The notes under the pieces: generated by a model | Told to the model about the DNA's origin: nothing | What the model saw: the letters and a program-made list of their open reading frames with translations, nothing else | The model's database searches: none | Sequence record: MN794232.1 | Length of the DNA: 64,000 bases | Direction: 5' to 3' (one strand) | Program-made: the position numbers and the translations under genes | Part shown: positions 34,772 to 47,210 of the stretch, one piece after another | How the letters are laid out: the number at the start of each line of letters is the position of its first letter | Position numbering within the stretch: position 1 is the first letter of the stretch

Positions 34772-36124
34772 GTGAAAGGGTATTTCTATCACAGATCGAT
34801 ACGAAAATACGTTCTCTTGATGGGAAACTTGTTCTCTAACATATACGTGTCTCGCGGAGACGGGTATAGAAAGGTGCCAATTACAGTTTCATCAAAGGAG
34901 CACTTTGTTGCATCTTTGAACAGTCAAGAGCTTAACGGCGACGGTAGCGTGGCAAATGTAGCTACGCTGCTACCAAGAATTGGCTTGGACATGGTTTCGT
35001 GTACGTATGACGCTACGCGAAAGACAAACATTGCAAATCGTAAGCTGACACGTGACTTTACGGGAGACCGACCTAAGTCGAACAAGTTGTTTAACCCTGT
35101 CCCTTACGACTTCGAATTTGAAGTGAGCGTTTATACGCGACATCAGGATGATGCATTTCAGATTATAGAACAAATACTACCATACTTTCAACCTCAGTTC
35201 AATACAATGATCAAAGAGCTTGATGAAAATGAAGTTGTGGTAGACCAGCGTGATATTCCGATCATCTTAGAATCGGCTGTTCCTGAGACAACGTTCGAGG
35301 GTGCGGCTGGTGATATGAGACACATCGAATGGACGCTTAACTTGCGAATGAAAGGTTGGCTATATCCGCCTACAAACGCACAGTTTGGTGAAATCAGAAC
35401 GATTTACCTAAACTTTCAAGATGAAGAACAAACGATCATTCACGCAGAGCGCGAAGCGGTTACAAGCTCTTACGACATTCTTTGGAAAGTTCGCTCAGAG
35501 GTTGAAGCACTTAATACGTTCGGATGGCGTCATAGCGTTGATAGTCTATACGGTCTTGTATGGAACACACGTGGTGATATTGTCAGCGATCTTGAAATTG
35601 ACTGGAATCGTCGATTCAGCATCACAGATGCATTGCAAATTGATTGGTCAACACGTTCAAGCGCGAGTTCTGAGCTATTGGTTGATTGGAATATTCGTGA
35701 TGTCGTCGGTCGAGACTACGATGTTGACTGGTACAACCGTCAGATCATTGAAAGCACATACGAATCGCCTTGGGGCGTATCACCAATTGCTTCTAATGAA
35801 CTGGCAATCGACTGGGATACACGTGAGTTTGTTGAACTCAACACCGACATTCAGTGGTCAGAGGGTGCAATTGCTGAAAGTAGCTTAGATGTTGATTGGA
35901 ATCGTTCTCAATATGTTGAAGCAGTGTCAGACATAGATTGGTCGACTCGCGCAGTCGTAACATCGGTCAATGACATAGATTGGTCAACACGTTCTGAACT
36001 ATCGGCATCTACTGATATTAACTACAACATGTCTTCACAAGTAACAAGCAGCTACGTAATGTACTACCTACCGGGTGAACTTGCTTGGAACTTCACTGAC
36101 GTGACGTACAACATTGAAAACTAA
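34772..36124 (+). CDS. 15: gp15 tail sheath terminator with C-terminal Trp-repeat extension
   Basis: FYHRSIRKYVLLMGNLF, VPYDFEFE, EQILPYFQP in the first ~230 aa; then about 15 repeats of 14 aa. Confidence 0.9.
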   Translation: MKGYFYHRSIRKYVLLMGNLFSNIYVSRGDGYRKVPITVSSKEHFVASLNSQELNGDGSVANVATLLPRIGLDMVSCTYDATRKTNIANRKLTRDFTGDRPKSNKLFNPVPYDFEFEVSVYTRHQDDAFQIIEQILPYFQPQFNTMIKELDENEVVVDQRDIPIILESAVPETTFEGAAGDMRHIEWTLNLRMKGWLYPPTNAQFGEIRTIYLNFQDEEQTIIHAEREAVTSSYDILWKVRSEVEALNTFGWRHSVDSLYGLVWNTRGDIVSDLEIDWNRRFSITDALQIDWSTRSSASSELLVDWNIRDVVGRDYDVDWYNRQIIESTYESPWGVSPIASNELAIDWDTREFVELNTDIQWSEGAIAESSLDVDWNRSQYVEAVSDIDWSTRAVVTSVNDIDWSTRSELSASTDINYNMSSQVTSSYVMYYLPGELAWNFTDVTYNIEN

Positions 36125-36178
36125 TACGTATGGTCTTCTAAATATGAAGACCATCCTTATCTTTTTGGAGAGCTAACA

Positions 36179-36727
36179 ATGCCTATCGTAACAGGTGATT
36201 TGAAATTTAAGAAAAGTCTGCACGTAGTTGCAGCGGGACCGGGTAACGGCAATACGCATGATCTAGAAATTGATTCACTTGGTGGCGGTATTAGTGCTAC
36301 TGAATTAGTGTCTGGTGAATTGCACGGTCTTTTTGATGCTGTGCCGTCAGCGGAAGCAGCATCAGGACGTGTTGAGTATCGTTTGATTTACGTACAGAAC
36401 ACACACGCTACATTGACACTGTATGATGCGAAAGTATTCATCTTTGCAAATACAGCATCGCCAGATTCAACAATCGAAATCGGTCTGGATCCTGTAGCAG
36501 GCAATGGCGTTGACTCGCTGATCTTGCTAGATGATGAAGTTGACTCGGGTAATGAATTGTCTGCGGTAGTATTCGGTGAACATTCTGATTTCGCATCAGG
36601 TCTAGACATCGGTAATCTACAAGCAGGTGAACAACGCGCCGTTTGGGTTCGTCGTACAATCAGTCCGGGTGCAGCGGCAGCGGCAGAAACTGCAACAATA
36701 TCATTGCGCGGTGACACTGACGCTTAA
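36179..36727 (+). CDS. hypothetical virion-associated beta protein (182 aa)
   Basis: Late promoter TAAATA and GGAG SD; between genes 15 and 16; motifs LFDAV..AEAASGRVEYR, RAVWVRR. Confidence 0.8.
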   Translation: MPIVTGDLKFKKSLHVVAAGPGNGNTHDLEIDSLGGGISATELVSGELHGLFDAVPSAEAASGRVEYRLIYVQNTHATLTLYDAKVFIFANTASPDSTIEIGLDPVAGNGVDSLILLDDEVDSGNELSAVVFGEHSDFASGLDIGNLQAGEQRAVWVRRTISPGAAAAAETATISLRGDTDA

Positions 36728-36838
36728 ATGCTTATTTTAACGCTGTGTGCAGCTCGTACGCAGCGTTTGTCTATTTTATTGAGTGTTTGTACTCATATTA
36801 TTGAAAAGACGCTCACAGAGCGTTTTAGAGAGGAACGT

Positions 36839-39149
<2,311 letters not shown>

Positions 39150-39150
39150 T

Positions 39151-39158
39151 TATAAATA
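39151..39158 (+). promoter_or_regulatory. late promoter for gene 18
   Basis: TATAAATA. Confidence 0.8.
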
Positions 39159-39195
39159 TTGAATGAACAAACAACTTAATGGTAAGGAAAAATAA

Positions 39196-41211
39196 ATGAC
39201 TCTTTTATCTCCGGGCATCGAAAATAAAGAGATTAACCTTGCAAGTGCTATCGGTCGTGCGGCTACAGGTCGTGCGGCTATGGTGGGGAAATTTGAGTGG
39301 GGTCCAGCTTACAGCATCACTCAGGTAACTTCAGAGTCTGACTTGGTTACTATTTTCGGTCGTCCAAACGACTATACCGCAGCTTCATTCATGACTGCAA
39401 ACAACTTCTTGAAGTATGGTAACGATCTGCGTTTGGTTCGTATCTGTGATGCAACAACTGCACAGAACGCGACTCCGCTGTACAACGCAGTTGAATACAC
39501 TATCGGTGCTTCAAACGGTTGTGTTGTGGGTGATGACATTACAATCACTTACTCGGGCGTTGGTGCGCTAACTGCAAAGGGTAAAGTTCTAGAAGTTGAC
39601 GCTGGTAACAACAACGCTGCATCGAAGATTTTCTTGCCTTCTGCTGAAATCGTCGCTGCTGCGAAAGCTGACGGGAACTACCCGAGTGTGGGTACTATCA
39701 CACTTCAGCCAACTCAAGGTGACATTGCACTAACAAACATTAAAATTATCGACACGGGTTCAGTTTACTTCCCTAACATCGAGCTTGCTTTTGATGCGTT
39801 GACAGCAATCGAAACTGAAGGCGGTGCGCTGAAATACGCTGATCTAATCGAGAAGCAAGGTTTCCCACGTCTTTCTGCACGCTATGTAGGCGACTTTGGT
39901 GATGCAATCTCAGTAGAGATCATCAACTACGCTGATTATCAGACTGCATTTGCATTCGCAGCGGGTCACACACTAGGCGACATCGAACTTCCAATCTACC
40001 CAGATGGCGGTACACGTTCGATCAACCTATCGAGCTACTTCACATTCGGTCCGTCGAACAGCAATCAATACGCTGTAATCGTTCGTGTATCTGGTGAAGT
40101 TGAAGAAGCGTTCATCGTTTCGACTAACCCAGGCGACAAAGACGTAAACGGTCAATCAATCTTCATTGATGAGTACTTTGAAAACAGTGGGTCGGCTTAC
40201 ATCACTGCTATCGCAGAGGGATGGAAAACTGAATCTGGTGCGTACAACTTCGGTGGTGGCTCAGATGCTAACGCAGGTGCTGACGATTGGATGTTCGGTC
40301 TAGACATGCTATCTGACCCAGAAGTGCTTTACACTAACCTAGTTATTGCGGGTAACGCGGCGGCTGAAGAAGTTTCAATTGCTTCAACTGTTCAGAAATA
40401 CGCGATTGACTCAGTTGGTAACGTTCGTCAAGACTGTGTGGTATTCGTATCTCCGCCTCAGTCACTGATTGTTAACAAGCAAGCAGGTACTGCGGTAGCG
40501 AATATTCAAGGCTGGCGTACGGGCATCGACCCTACGAATGGTCAAGCAGTAGTTGACAATCTAAACGTAAGCACAACTTACGCAGTGATTGACGGCAACT
40601 ATAAGTATCAATACGACAAGTACAACGACCGCAATCGCTGGGTTCCACTAGCAGGTGATATTGCTGGTCTATGTGCGTACACTGATCAAGTATCGCAACC
40701 TTGGATGTCGCCAGCGGGCTTCAACCGTGGTCAGATCAAGGGCGTAAACCGTCTAGCAGTAGACTTGCGTCGTGCGCATCGTGATGCACTGTATCAAATC
40801 GGTATCAACCCTGTAGTCGGCTTTGCTGGTCAAGGTTTCGTACTGTACGGTGATAAGACTGCTACACAGCAAGCAAGTGCATTTGACCGCATCAACGTGC
40901 GTCGCCTGTTCAACTTGCTGAAGAAAGCAATCTCAGACGCTGCTAAGTACCGCCTATTTGAATTGAACGATGAGTTCACACGCTCAAGCTTCAAGTCAGA
41001 GATCGACGCTTACTTGACTAACATTCAAGATCTAGGTGGCGTATACGACTTCCGCGTTGTGTGTGATGAGACTAACAACCCTGGCTCTGTCATCGACAGA
41101 AACGAGTTTGTGGCAAGTATCTACGTGAAACCTGCTAAGTCAATCAACTTCATTACGCTGAACTTCGTAGCAACGTCAACTGACGCTGACTTCGCAGAAA
41201 TCATCGGTTAA
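39196..41211 (+). CDS. 18: gp18 tail sheath
   Basis: MTLLSPG, GKFEWGP, WMSPAGFNRG, FDRINVRRLF, KPAKSINFI. Confidence 0.97.
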   Translation: MTLLSPGIENKEINLASAIGRAATGRAAMVGKFEWGPAYSITQVTSESDLVTIFGRPNDYTAASFMTANNFLKYGNDLRLVRICDATTAQNATPLYNAVEYTIGASNGCVVGDDITITYSGVGALTAKGKVLEVDAGNNNAASKIFLPSAEIVAAAKADGNYPSVGTITLQPTQGDIALTNIKIIDTGSVYFPNIELAFDALTAIETEGGALKYADLIEKQGFPRLSARYVGDFGDAISVEIINYADYQTAFAFAAGHTLGDIELPIYPDGGTRSINLSSYFTFGPSNSNQYAVIVRVSGEVEEAFIVSTNPGDKDVNGQSIFIDEYFENSGSAYITAIAEGWKTESGAYNFGGGSDANAGADDWMFGLDMLSDPEVLYTNLVIAGNAAAEEVSIASTVQKYAIDSVGNVRQDCVVFVSPPQSLIVNKQAGTAVANIQGWRTGIDPTNGQAVVDNLNVSTTYAVIDGNYKYQYDKYNDRNRWVPLAGDIAGLCAYTDQVSQPWMSPAGFNRGQIKGVNRLAVDLRRAHRDALYQIGINPVVGFAGQGFVLYGDKTATQQASAFDRINVRRLFNLLKKAISDAAKYRLFELNDEFTRSSFKSEIDAYLTNIQDLGGVYDFRVVCDETNNPGSVIDRNEFVASIYVKPAKSINFITLNFVATSTDADFAEIIG

Positions 41212-41221
41212 GAGCAATCAC

Positions 41222-41241
41222 GAGGGGCTTTTTAGCCCCTC
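41222..41241 (+). terminator. hairpin after gene 18, abutting a TAAATA late promoter
   Basis: GAGGGGCT/AGCCCCTC; lacks a U tract. Confidence 0.5.
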
Positions 41242-41261
41242 TAAATAAAAGGTAAGAGAAA

Positions 41262-41762
41262 ATGGCACTTAATGTAGACAACATTAAAAGAGCTTTCAGC
41301 AACGGTGATTTCGCTCGTCCTAACTTGTTCGAAGTTGAGATTCCGTATCTGGGACAGAACTTTAAATTTCAATGTCGCGCCTCTTCAATGCCGCCGGGCA
41401 GCGTTGAGAAAGTGGAAGTTTCATATCAAAACCGTAAGTACAACATTGCGGGCGACCGTACGTTCGACGATTGGAACGTTACTGTGTACAACGATGAAAC
41501 TCACGACATTCGCAAAGCAATTATGGCATGGCAAGCTCGTGCTGTAGGCTTAGGCAAAGACATTTCAGGTGAAACGCCTGATCAGTACAAACGTACTGGT
41601 ACAATCACACAGTTAGACCGTAACGGTGATCCGACTACTTCGGCAACTGTATACGGAATTTTCCCAACTGTGGTGGGTGAAGTTGCGCTTGACTGGGACT
41701 CAAACAACGAGATCGAAACGTTTGAAGTAACATTCAGCCTTGATTACTTCACATTAGATTAA
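41262..41762 (+). CDS. 19: gp19 tail tube
   Basis: FARPNLFEV, AGDRTFDDWNVT, FPTVVGEVALDWDSNNEIETF. Confidence 0.97.
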   Translation: MALNVDNIKRAFSNGDFARPNLFEVEIPYLGQNFKFQCRASSMPPGSVEKVEVSYQNRKYNIAGDRTFDDWNVTVYNDETHDIRKAIMAWQARAVGLGKDISGETPDQYKRTGTITQLDRNGDPTTSATVYGIFPTVVGEVALDWDSNNEIETFEVTFSLDYFTLD

Positions 41763-41769
41763 GAACAAT

Positions 41770-41788
41770 AGGGGCGTTCAGCCCCTTT
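41770..41788 (+). terminator. terminator after gene 19
   Basis: GGGGC/GCCCC plus TTT. Confidence 0.65.
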
Positions 41789-41801
41789 ATTGAGGTAAAA
41801 T

Positions 41802-43349
41802 ATGTTAGAGTTTATGAAATTCTGGACAAAAGAAGAAGAGCAGGACATTCAAAAAATCGAGAAAAACCCTGTCCGTTCGTTTTCTGCGCCAGATAACGTA
41901 GATGGTGCTAAAGAGATTCATACTAACTTATTAGCACCTCAACTTGGTCATGCAATTATCCCGTCGGATGCTCAATCTGAAGGGACGATTCCAGTTAAGG
42001 AACTAATCAAGAGCTATCGTGCTCTAGCAGAATATCACGAAGTCGATGATGCGATTCAAGAAATCGTCGATGAAGCAATCGTTTATGAAAACGATAAAGA
42101 AGTTGTGTGGTTGAACTTAGACAACACCGACTTTTCAGAAAATATCAAAGCTAAGATCAATGAAGAATTCGACCGCGTTGTAAGCTTGCTTCAAATGCGT
42201 AAACATGGTTACAAGTGGTTTAGAAAGTGGTATGTTGACTCTCGAATCTATTTCCACAAAATCTTAGACAAAGATAACAACATTATCGAATTGCGCCCGC
42301 TAAACCCGATGAAAATGGAGCTAGTGCGCGAGATTCAGAAAGAAACTATTGATGGCGTAGAAGTTGTAAAAGGAACGCTTGAGTATTACGTTTACAAGCA
42401 GTCTGACTACAAAATGCCGTCATGGATGAGCGCAACAAACCGTGCTCAGACATCATTCAGAATTCCAAAAGATGCAATTGTTTTCGCTCACAGCGGATTA
42501 ATGCGTGGCTGTGCAGATGACCCGTACATTATCGGTTATCTTGATCGTGCTATCAAGCCAGCAAACCAGTTGAAGATGCTAGAAGATGCGTTGGTAATCT
42601 ATCGTCTAGCACGTGCTCCTGAGCGTCGCGTATTCTATGTTGACGTTGGTAACTTGCCGACTCAGAAAGCACAGCAATACGTAAATGGTATCATGCAAAA
42701 CGTTAAAAATCGCGTTGTGTACGACACACAGACTGGTCAAGTTAAAAATACGACTAATGCAATGTCGATGCTTGAAGACTACTACCTACCACGACGAGAA
42801 GGTTCGAAGGGTACTGAGGTAAGCACACTACCTGGCGGTCAGTCGCTTGGAGACATCGAAGACGTATTGTACTTCAACCGTAAGTTGTATAAAGCAATGC
42901 GAATTCCGACATCACGTGCAGCGTCTGAAGATCAGACGGGCGGTATTAACTTCGGTCAGGGTGCAGAAATCACACGTGACGAATTGAAGTTTACTAAATT
43001 CGTGAAGCGTTTGCAAACAAAATTCGAAACTGTAATTACCGATCCGCTTAAACATCAGTTGATTGTAAATAATATCATAACTGAAGAAGAGTGGGATGCT
43101 AATCACGAAAAACTTTACGTTGTATTCAACCAAGACTCATATTTTGAAGAGGCTAAGGAATTAGAGATTCTAAATAGTCGTATGAACGCAATGCGTGACA
43201 TTCAAGATTATGCTGGGAAATATTACAGTCATAAATACATTCAGAAAAACATTTTACGTTTGTCTGACGATCAGATCACTGCAATGCAGAGCGAAATTGA
43301 TGAAGAAGAGACAAACCCACGATTCCAACAAGACGATCAAGGATTTTAG
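41802..43349 (+). CDS. 20: gp20 portal protein
   Basis: NQLKMLEDALVIYRLARAPERRVFYVDVGNLP, ITRDELKF. Confidence 0.97.
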   Translation: MLEFMKFWTKEEEQDIQKIEKNPVRSFSAPDNVDGAKEIHTNLLAPQLGHAIIPSDAQSEGTIPVKELIKSYRALAEYHEVDDAIQEIVDEAIVYENDKEVVWLNLDNTDFSENIKAKINEEFDRVVSLLQMRKHGYKWFRKWYVDSRIYFHKILDKDNNIIELRPLNPMKMELVREIQKETIDGVEVVKGTLEYYVYKQSDYKMPSWMSATNRAQTSFRIPKDAIVFAHSGLMRGCADDPYIIGYLDRAIKPANQLKMLEDALVIYRLARAPERRVFYVDVGNLPTQKAQQYVNGIMQNVKNRVVYDTQTGQVKNTTNAMSMLEDYYLPRREGSKGTEVSTLPGGQSLGDIEDVLYFNRKLYKAMRIPTSRAASEDQTGGINFGQGAEITRDELKFTKFVKRLQTKFETVITDPLKHQLIVNNIITEEEWDANHEKLYVVFNQDSYFEEAKELEILNSRMNAMRDIQDYAGKYYSHKYIQKNILRLSDDQITAMQSEIDEEETNPRFQQDDQGF

Positions 43350-43361
43350 AGGTAGCAGATT

Positions 43362-43529
43362 ATGAGCTTAGAAACAATGGTAGCAGCGGCACGCGACGGT
43401 AAACTAGCAGATTTTGAAGCGCAATTCCGCCAAGAAATCGGGCAACGTGTAGCGGCTCGCATTGACGACATGAAGCAAGAGCTTGGTCGCTCAATCAAAG
43501 TAGACGGTGAAATCAATCAGGAGGACTAA
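43362..43529 (+). CDS. 67: gp67 prohead core protein (55 aa; not in ORF track)
   Basis: MSLETMVAAARDGKLADFEAQF..., GAGG SD, TAATG coupling to gene 68. Confidence 0.8.
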   Translation: MSLETMVAAARDGKLADFEAQFRQEIGQRVAARIDDMKQELGRSIKVDGEINQED

Positions 43530-44020
43530 TGAAGTTCATTTCCGAAGCCGTACAAGAGAAAATGGTTGAAGACTTGGTTGAAGCAGTACTTGGCGGTCAT
43601 CTTGATCGTCAAGATATTAGCGACACAATCAAGGCGTTCGCCGAAGCTGAAGACATCGGCGTACACAGCAATAAAGACATCACAGATGAAGTCAATGTTG
43701 TTCTTGACGTGCTGAGTTCTCTTGAAAACGGATTAACATTTGAAGAAGCATGTGCAGAGTTCAATCTGTCTGAAAAACTGGTTAAGCAAGTATCGGTAGC
43801 TAATCAGAAAGCGGGCGGGCCTCTGATCTCTAAGCGCATCGACCGAAAAACTGCCTCACGAAAAGCGACGCAGACAACTGGTCTAAGTAAATCGAAGAGA
43901 CAAAAAACGGCTCGCAAAGCAGCTAAAACGCGCAGACGCCAAAAGGGCACGAGTGCAGAGCGAAAAGCTAATAAGTTGCGTAAAAAATCGCTGAAGAAGC
44001 GTAAGCAAATGGGGCTTTAA
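43529..44020 (+). CDS. 68: gp68 prohead core protein
   Basis: Acidic N-terminus, very basic C-terminus; between 67 and 21. Confidence 0.85.
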   Translation: MKFISEAVQEKMVEDLVEAVLGGHLDRQDISDTIKAFAEAEDIGVHSNKDITDEVNVVLDVLSSLENGLTFEEACAEFNLSEKLVKQVSVANQKAGGPLISKRIDRKTASRKATQTTGLSKSKRQKTARKAAKTRRRQKGTSAERKANKLRKKSLKKRKQMGL

Positions 44021-44022
44021 TT

Positions 44023-44664
44023 ATGGAATTACAACTCTTAATTGAAGACTGGGGCGTATCGAGCTATGCAACCGCTGAGACGGGCGAAAAGCCACTTGTT
44101 GAAGCGAAAATGCCCGCTGAAAAAGGCGGCGACTTGTACATTGAGGGTATTTTCATGCAATCGAATGTTGTGAACCGTAATGGTCGCAGATATCCGAAAA
44201 AAGTCATGGAAAATGCCGTATCTAAATACATTCAAGAGCAAGTCAAGACGAATCAAGCGTTGGGCGAGCTTAATCACCCTAGCCGTTCAAACGTCGATCC
44301 TGCTGAAGCTGCAATTCGTATTACTGAGTTGTGGTGGGATGGCGATAACGTAATGGGAAAAGCAATCGTACTAAATACTCCGAAGGGACAAATCGTACGC
44401 GGTCTAATCGAAGGCGGTTGGGTTCCGGGCGTAAGTTCACGAGGTCTTGGTTCAGTTAAGCAAGTTGACGGGATCAACGAAGTACAAGACTTTCGTCTTA
44501 CAGTTGGTGTAGATGTAGTGTGGGGTCCGAGTGCGCCTGCTGCATACGTTAAGCCAGTAACTGAGTCAAATGAAGCTGCTAAATCAGTAAAAACAGAAGA
44601 AATTACAGAAAGTAATGACGCTGAGTTTGCGAAACTAGCGGAAACGTTAAAAACTCTCTTATAA
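44023..44664 (+). CDS. 21: gp21 prohead protease
   Basis: NRNGRRYP, ALGELNHP, GVSSRGLGS, DVVWGPSAP. Confidence 0.97.
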   Translation: MELQLLIEDWGVSSYATAETGEKPLVEAKMPAEKGGDLYIEGIFMQSNVVNRNGRRYPKKVMENAVSKYIQEQVKTNQALGELNHPSRSNVDPAEAAIRITELWWDGDNVMGKAIVLNTPKGQIVRGLIEGGWVPGVSSRGLGSVKQVDGINEVQDFRLTVGVDVVWGPSAPAAYVKPVTESNEAAKSVKTEEITESNDAEFAKLAETLKTLL

Positions 44665-44667
44665 ATA
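44660..44667 (+). promoter_or_regulatory. late promoter for gene 22
   Basis: TATAAATA. Confidence 0.75.
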
Positions 44668-44696
44668 TATAAAACATATTTAAGGAATTGAAGAAG

Positions 44697-45539
44697 ATGC
44701 AAATCAAAGAGCAACTACTTGAAGCGGTATCAAAAGACGATACTAAAATCACTACTGCTTTGGATGGCATTTTTGAATCAGTTGAACTTTCCGAAGATGT
44801 TCGTAATAAGTTCAGCACTGTTTTCGAAAGTGTAATCAAGACTAAAGCCGTTGAGCTTGCTGAAGCACATATTGCTGAAGCTGCTGAAAAGGCTGAAGCA
44901 GTAATCAACGAACACAAAGAAGAGCTAAATGAAGCTGCTGAAAAATACGGCGAACATCTAGCAGAGCAAATGGCGAACAAACTTGATTCATACCTAGATC
45001 ACGTTGTTGAAGCTTGGATGGCTGAAAACAAACTAGCGGTTGAAAATGGTCTGAAAGTTTCTATGTTCGACGGCTTGATGGAAGGCATGAAAAATGTATT
45101 CATCGAGAACAACGTTCACTGCCCAGACGAGAAGATCGACATGATCGAAGCTCTTGAAGAAAACATTCAAGATCTTGAAAGCCGTCTAGACGCAGTTATC
45201 GTCGAAAACCGCCAACACAAAGAATACGCTAACTACGTAGAGAAAAACATCATCATCGAGCGCGTGACTGCTGGTATGGCTGAATCTCAAAAAGAGAAAG
45301 TTGCTGACCTAGCCGAGTCAATCCGCTTCGACGAGAACTTTGAAGACAATCTAAATAGTGTTATCAAGTTCGCTTCTGGTATCAAGCTTGCTGAAAAAGA
45401 AGATATGGAAGACGACAAGAAGCCGGCTGAGAAAAAAGACGGTGAAGACGACGCTGAGAAGAAAGACGACAAAGAAATGAAAGAATCCGCAGTACCATCT
45501 ATGGCTGCATACTTGAAAGCTGCTCGTACTACTCGATAA
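44697..45539 (+). CDS. 22: gp22 major prohead scaffold
   Basis: Acidic coiled coil, YLDHVVEAWMAEN; AAGGA SD favours ATG 44697. Confidence 0.93.
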   Translation: MQIKEQLLEAVSKDDTKITTALDGIFESVELSEDVRNKFSTVFESVIKTKAVELAEAHIAEAAEKAEAVINEHKEELNEAAEKYGEHLAEQMANKLDSYLDHVVEAWMAENKLAVENGLKVSMFDGLMEGMKNVFIENNVHCPDEKIDMIEALEENIQDLESRLDAVIVENRQHKEYANYVEKNIIIERVTAGMAESQKEKVADLAESIRFDENFEDNLNSVIKFASGIKLAEKEDMEDDKKPAEKKDGEDDAEKKDDKEMKESAVPSMAAYLKAARTTR

Positions 45540-45563
45540 GCAATAAAACGTGATTTCACGTTA

Positions 45564-45571
45564 TATAAATA
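45564..45571 (+). promoter_or_regulatory. late promoter for gene 23
   Basis: TATAAATA. Confidence 0.8.
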
Positions 45572-45609
45572 CTTTTGTAAATTTTAGAATTAATTAAGGA
45601 ATCATTCAA

Positions 45610-47154
45610 ATGAACCTAACTGAAAAATGGAAAGACTTGCTTGAAGCAGAAGGTGCGGATATGCCAGAGATTGCAACTGCAACTAAGCAAAAAATCATGT
45701 CGAAAATCTTTGAAAACCAAGATCGCGACATCAACAACGATCCGATGTATCGTGACCCGCAACTAGTTGAAGCATTCAACGCTGGTCTTAACGAAGCTGT
45801 AGTTAACGGCGACCACGGTTACGATCCTGCGAATATCGCACAAGGCGTTACTACTGGTGCAGTAACTAACATCGGTCCTACCGTAATGGGTATGGTACGT
45901 CGTGCTATTCCACAGCTTATCGCTTTCGATATTGCTGGTGTTCAGCCAATGACTGGTCCGACTAGCCAAGTATTCACACTTCGCTCAGTGTACGGTAAAG
46001 ATCCTCTAACTGGCGCAGAAGCATTCCATCCGACTCGTCAAGCTGACGCTTCGTTCTCTGGTCAAGCTGCTGCATCGACAATTGCAGACTTCCCAACTAC
46101 TGGTGCTGCAACTGACGGTACTCCGTACAAAGCTGAAGTAACTACTTCTGGTGGCGACGTTTCAATGCGTTACTTCCTAGCACTAGGCGCTGTTACTCTA
46201 GCAGTAGCTGGTCAAATGACTGCAACTGAATACACTGACGGTGTTGCTGGTGGTCTGCTTGTTGAAATCGACGCTGGTATGGCAACTTCTCAGGCTGAAC
46301 TACAAGAGAACTTCAACGGTTCAAGCAACAACGAGTGGAACGAAATGTCATTCCGCATCGACAAACAAGTTGTTGAAGCGAAATCTCGTCAATTGAAAGC
46401 TCAATACTCAATCGAGCTTGCGCAAGACCTACGTGCTGTACACGGTCTAGACGCTGACGCTGAACTGAGCGGTATCCTAGCTAACGAAGTAATGGTTGAA
46501 CTGAACCGTGAAATCGTTAACCTAGTTAACTCTCAAGCTCAAATCGGTAAGTCTGGCTGGACTCAAGGCGCAGGTGCTGCTGGTGTGTTTGACTTCTCAG
46601 ACGCAGTAGACGTGAAAGGCGCTCGTTGGGCTGGTGAAGCTTATAAAGCTCTATTGATCCAAATCGAAAAAGAAGCGAACGAAATCGGTCGTCAAACTGG
46701 TCGTGGTAACGGTAACTTCATCATTGCATCACGCAACGTAGTTTCTGCACTATCAATGACTGATACTCTTGTTGGCCCTGCTGCACAAGGTATGCAAGAC
46801 GGTTCAATGAACACTGACACAAATCAAACTGTGTTCGCGGGTGTTCTAGGTGGTCGCTTCAAAGTGTACATCGACCAATACGCAGTGAACGATTACTTCA
46901 CAGTTGGTTTCAAAGGTTCTACTGAAATGGACGCTGGTGTGTTCTACTCACCTTACGTACCGCTGACTCCACTACGTGGTTCAGACAGCAAGAACTTCCA
47001 ACCAGTAATCGGGTTCAAGACTCGTTACGGTGTGCAAGTTAACCCATTCGCAGATCCAACTGCTTCGGCAACTAAAGTTGGTAACGGTGCTCCAATCGCT
47101 GCATCAATGGGCAAAAACGCTTACTTCCGTCGCGTATTCGTTAAGGGTCTGTAA
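45610..47154 (+). CDS. 23: gp23 major capsid protein
   Basis: GVQPMTGPT, AKSRQLKAQYSIELAQDLRAVHGLDA, FQPVIGFKTRYG. Confidence 0.98.
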   Translation: MNLTEKWKDLLEAEGADMPEIATATKQKIMSKIFENQDRDINNDPMYRDPQLVEAFNAGLNEAVVNGDHGYDPANIAQGVTTGAVTNIGPTVMGMVRRAIPQLIAFDIAGVQPMTGPTSQVFTLRSVYGKDPLTGAEAFHPTRQADASFSGQAAASTIADFPTTGAATDGTPYKAEVTTSGGDVSMRYFLALGAVTLAVAGQMTATEYTDGVAGGLLVEIDAGMATSQAELQENFNGSSNNEWNEMSFRIDKQVVEAKSRQLKAQYSIELAQDLRAVHGLDADAELSGILANEVMVELNREIVNLVNSQAQIGKSGWTQGAGAAGVFDFSDAVDVKGARWAGEAYKALLIQIEKEANEIGRQTGRGNGNFIIASRNVVSALSMTDTLVGPAAQGMQDGSMNTDTNQTVFAGVLGGRFKVYIDQYAVNDYFTVGFKGSTEMDAGVFYSPYVPLTPLRGSDSKNFQPVIGFKTRYGVQVNPFADPTASATKVGNGAPIAASMGKNAYFRRVFVKGL

Positions 47155-47179
47155 TAGACTCTTAATTGAAACAGACAAC

Positions 47180-47206
47180 AAAAGGGACTCTTCGGAGTCC
47201 CTTTTT
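47180..47206. terminator. bidirectional terminator between gene 23 and cca
   Basis: AAAAGGGACTC-TTCG-GAGTCCCTTTTT. Confidence 0.9.
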
Positions 47207-47210
47207 GCGT

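Noticed and set aside
35421-35888. 155-aa alternative-frame ORF over the gp15 extension, suggesting a frameshift
   Set aside because: The gp15 frame is open and holds the regular 14-aa repeat; the alternative frame has no SD or recognisable pattern.
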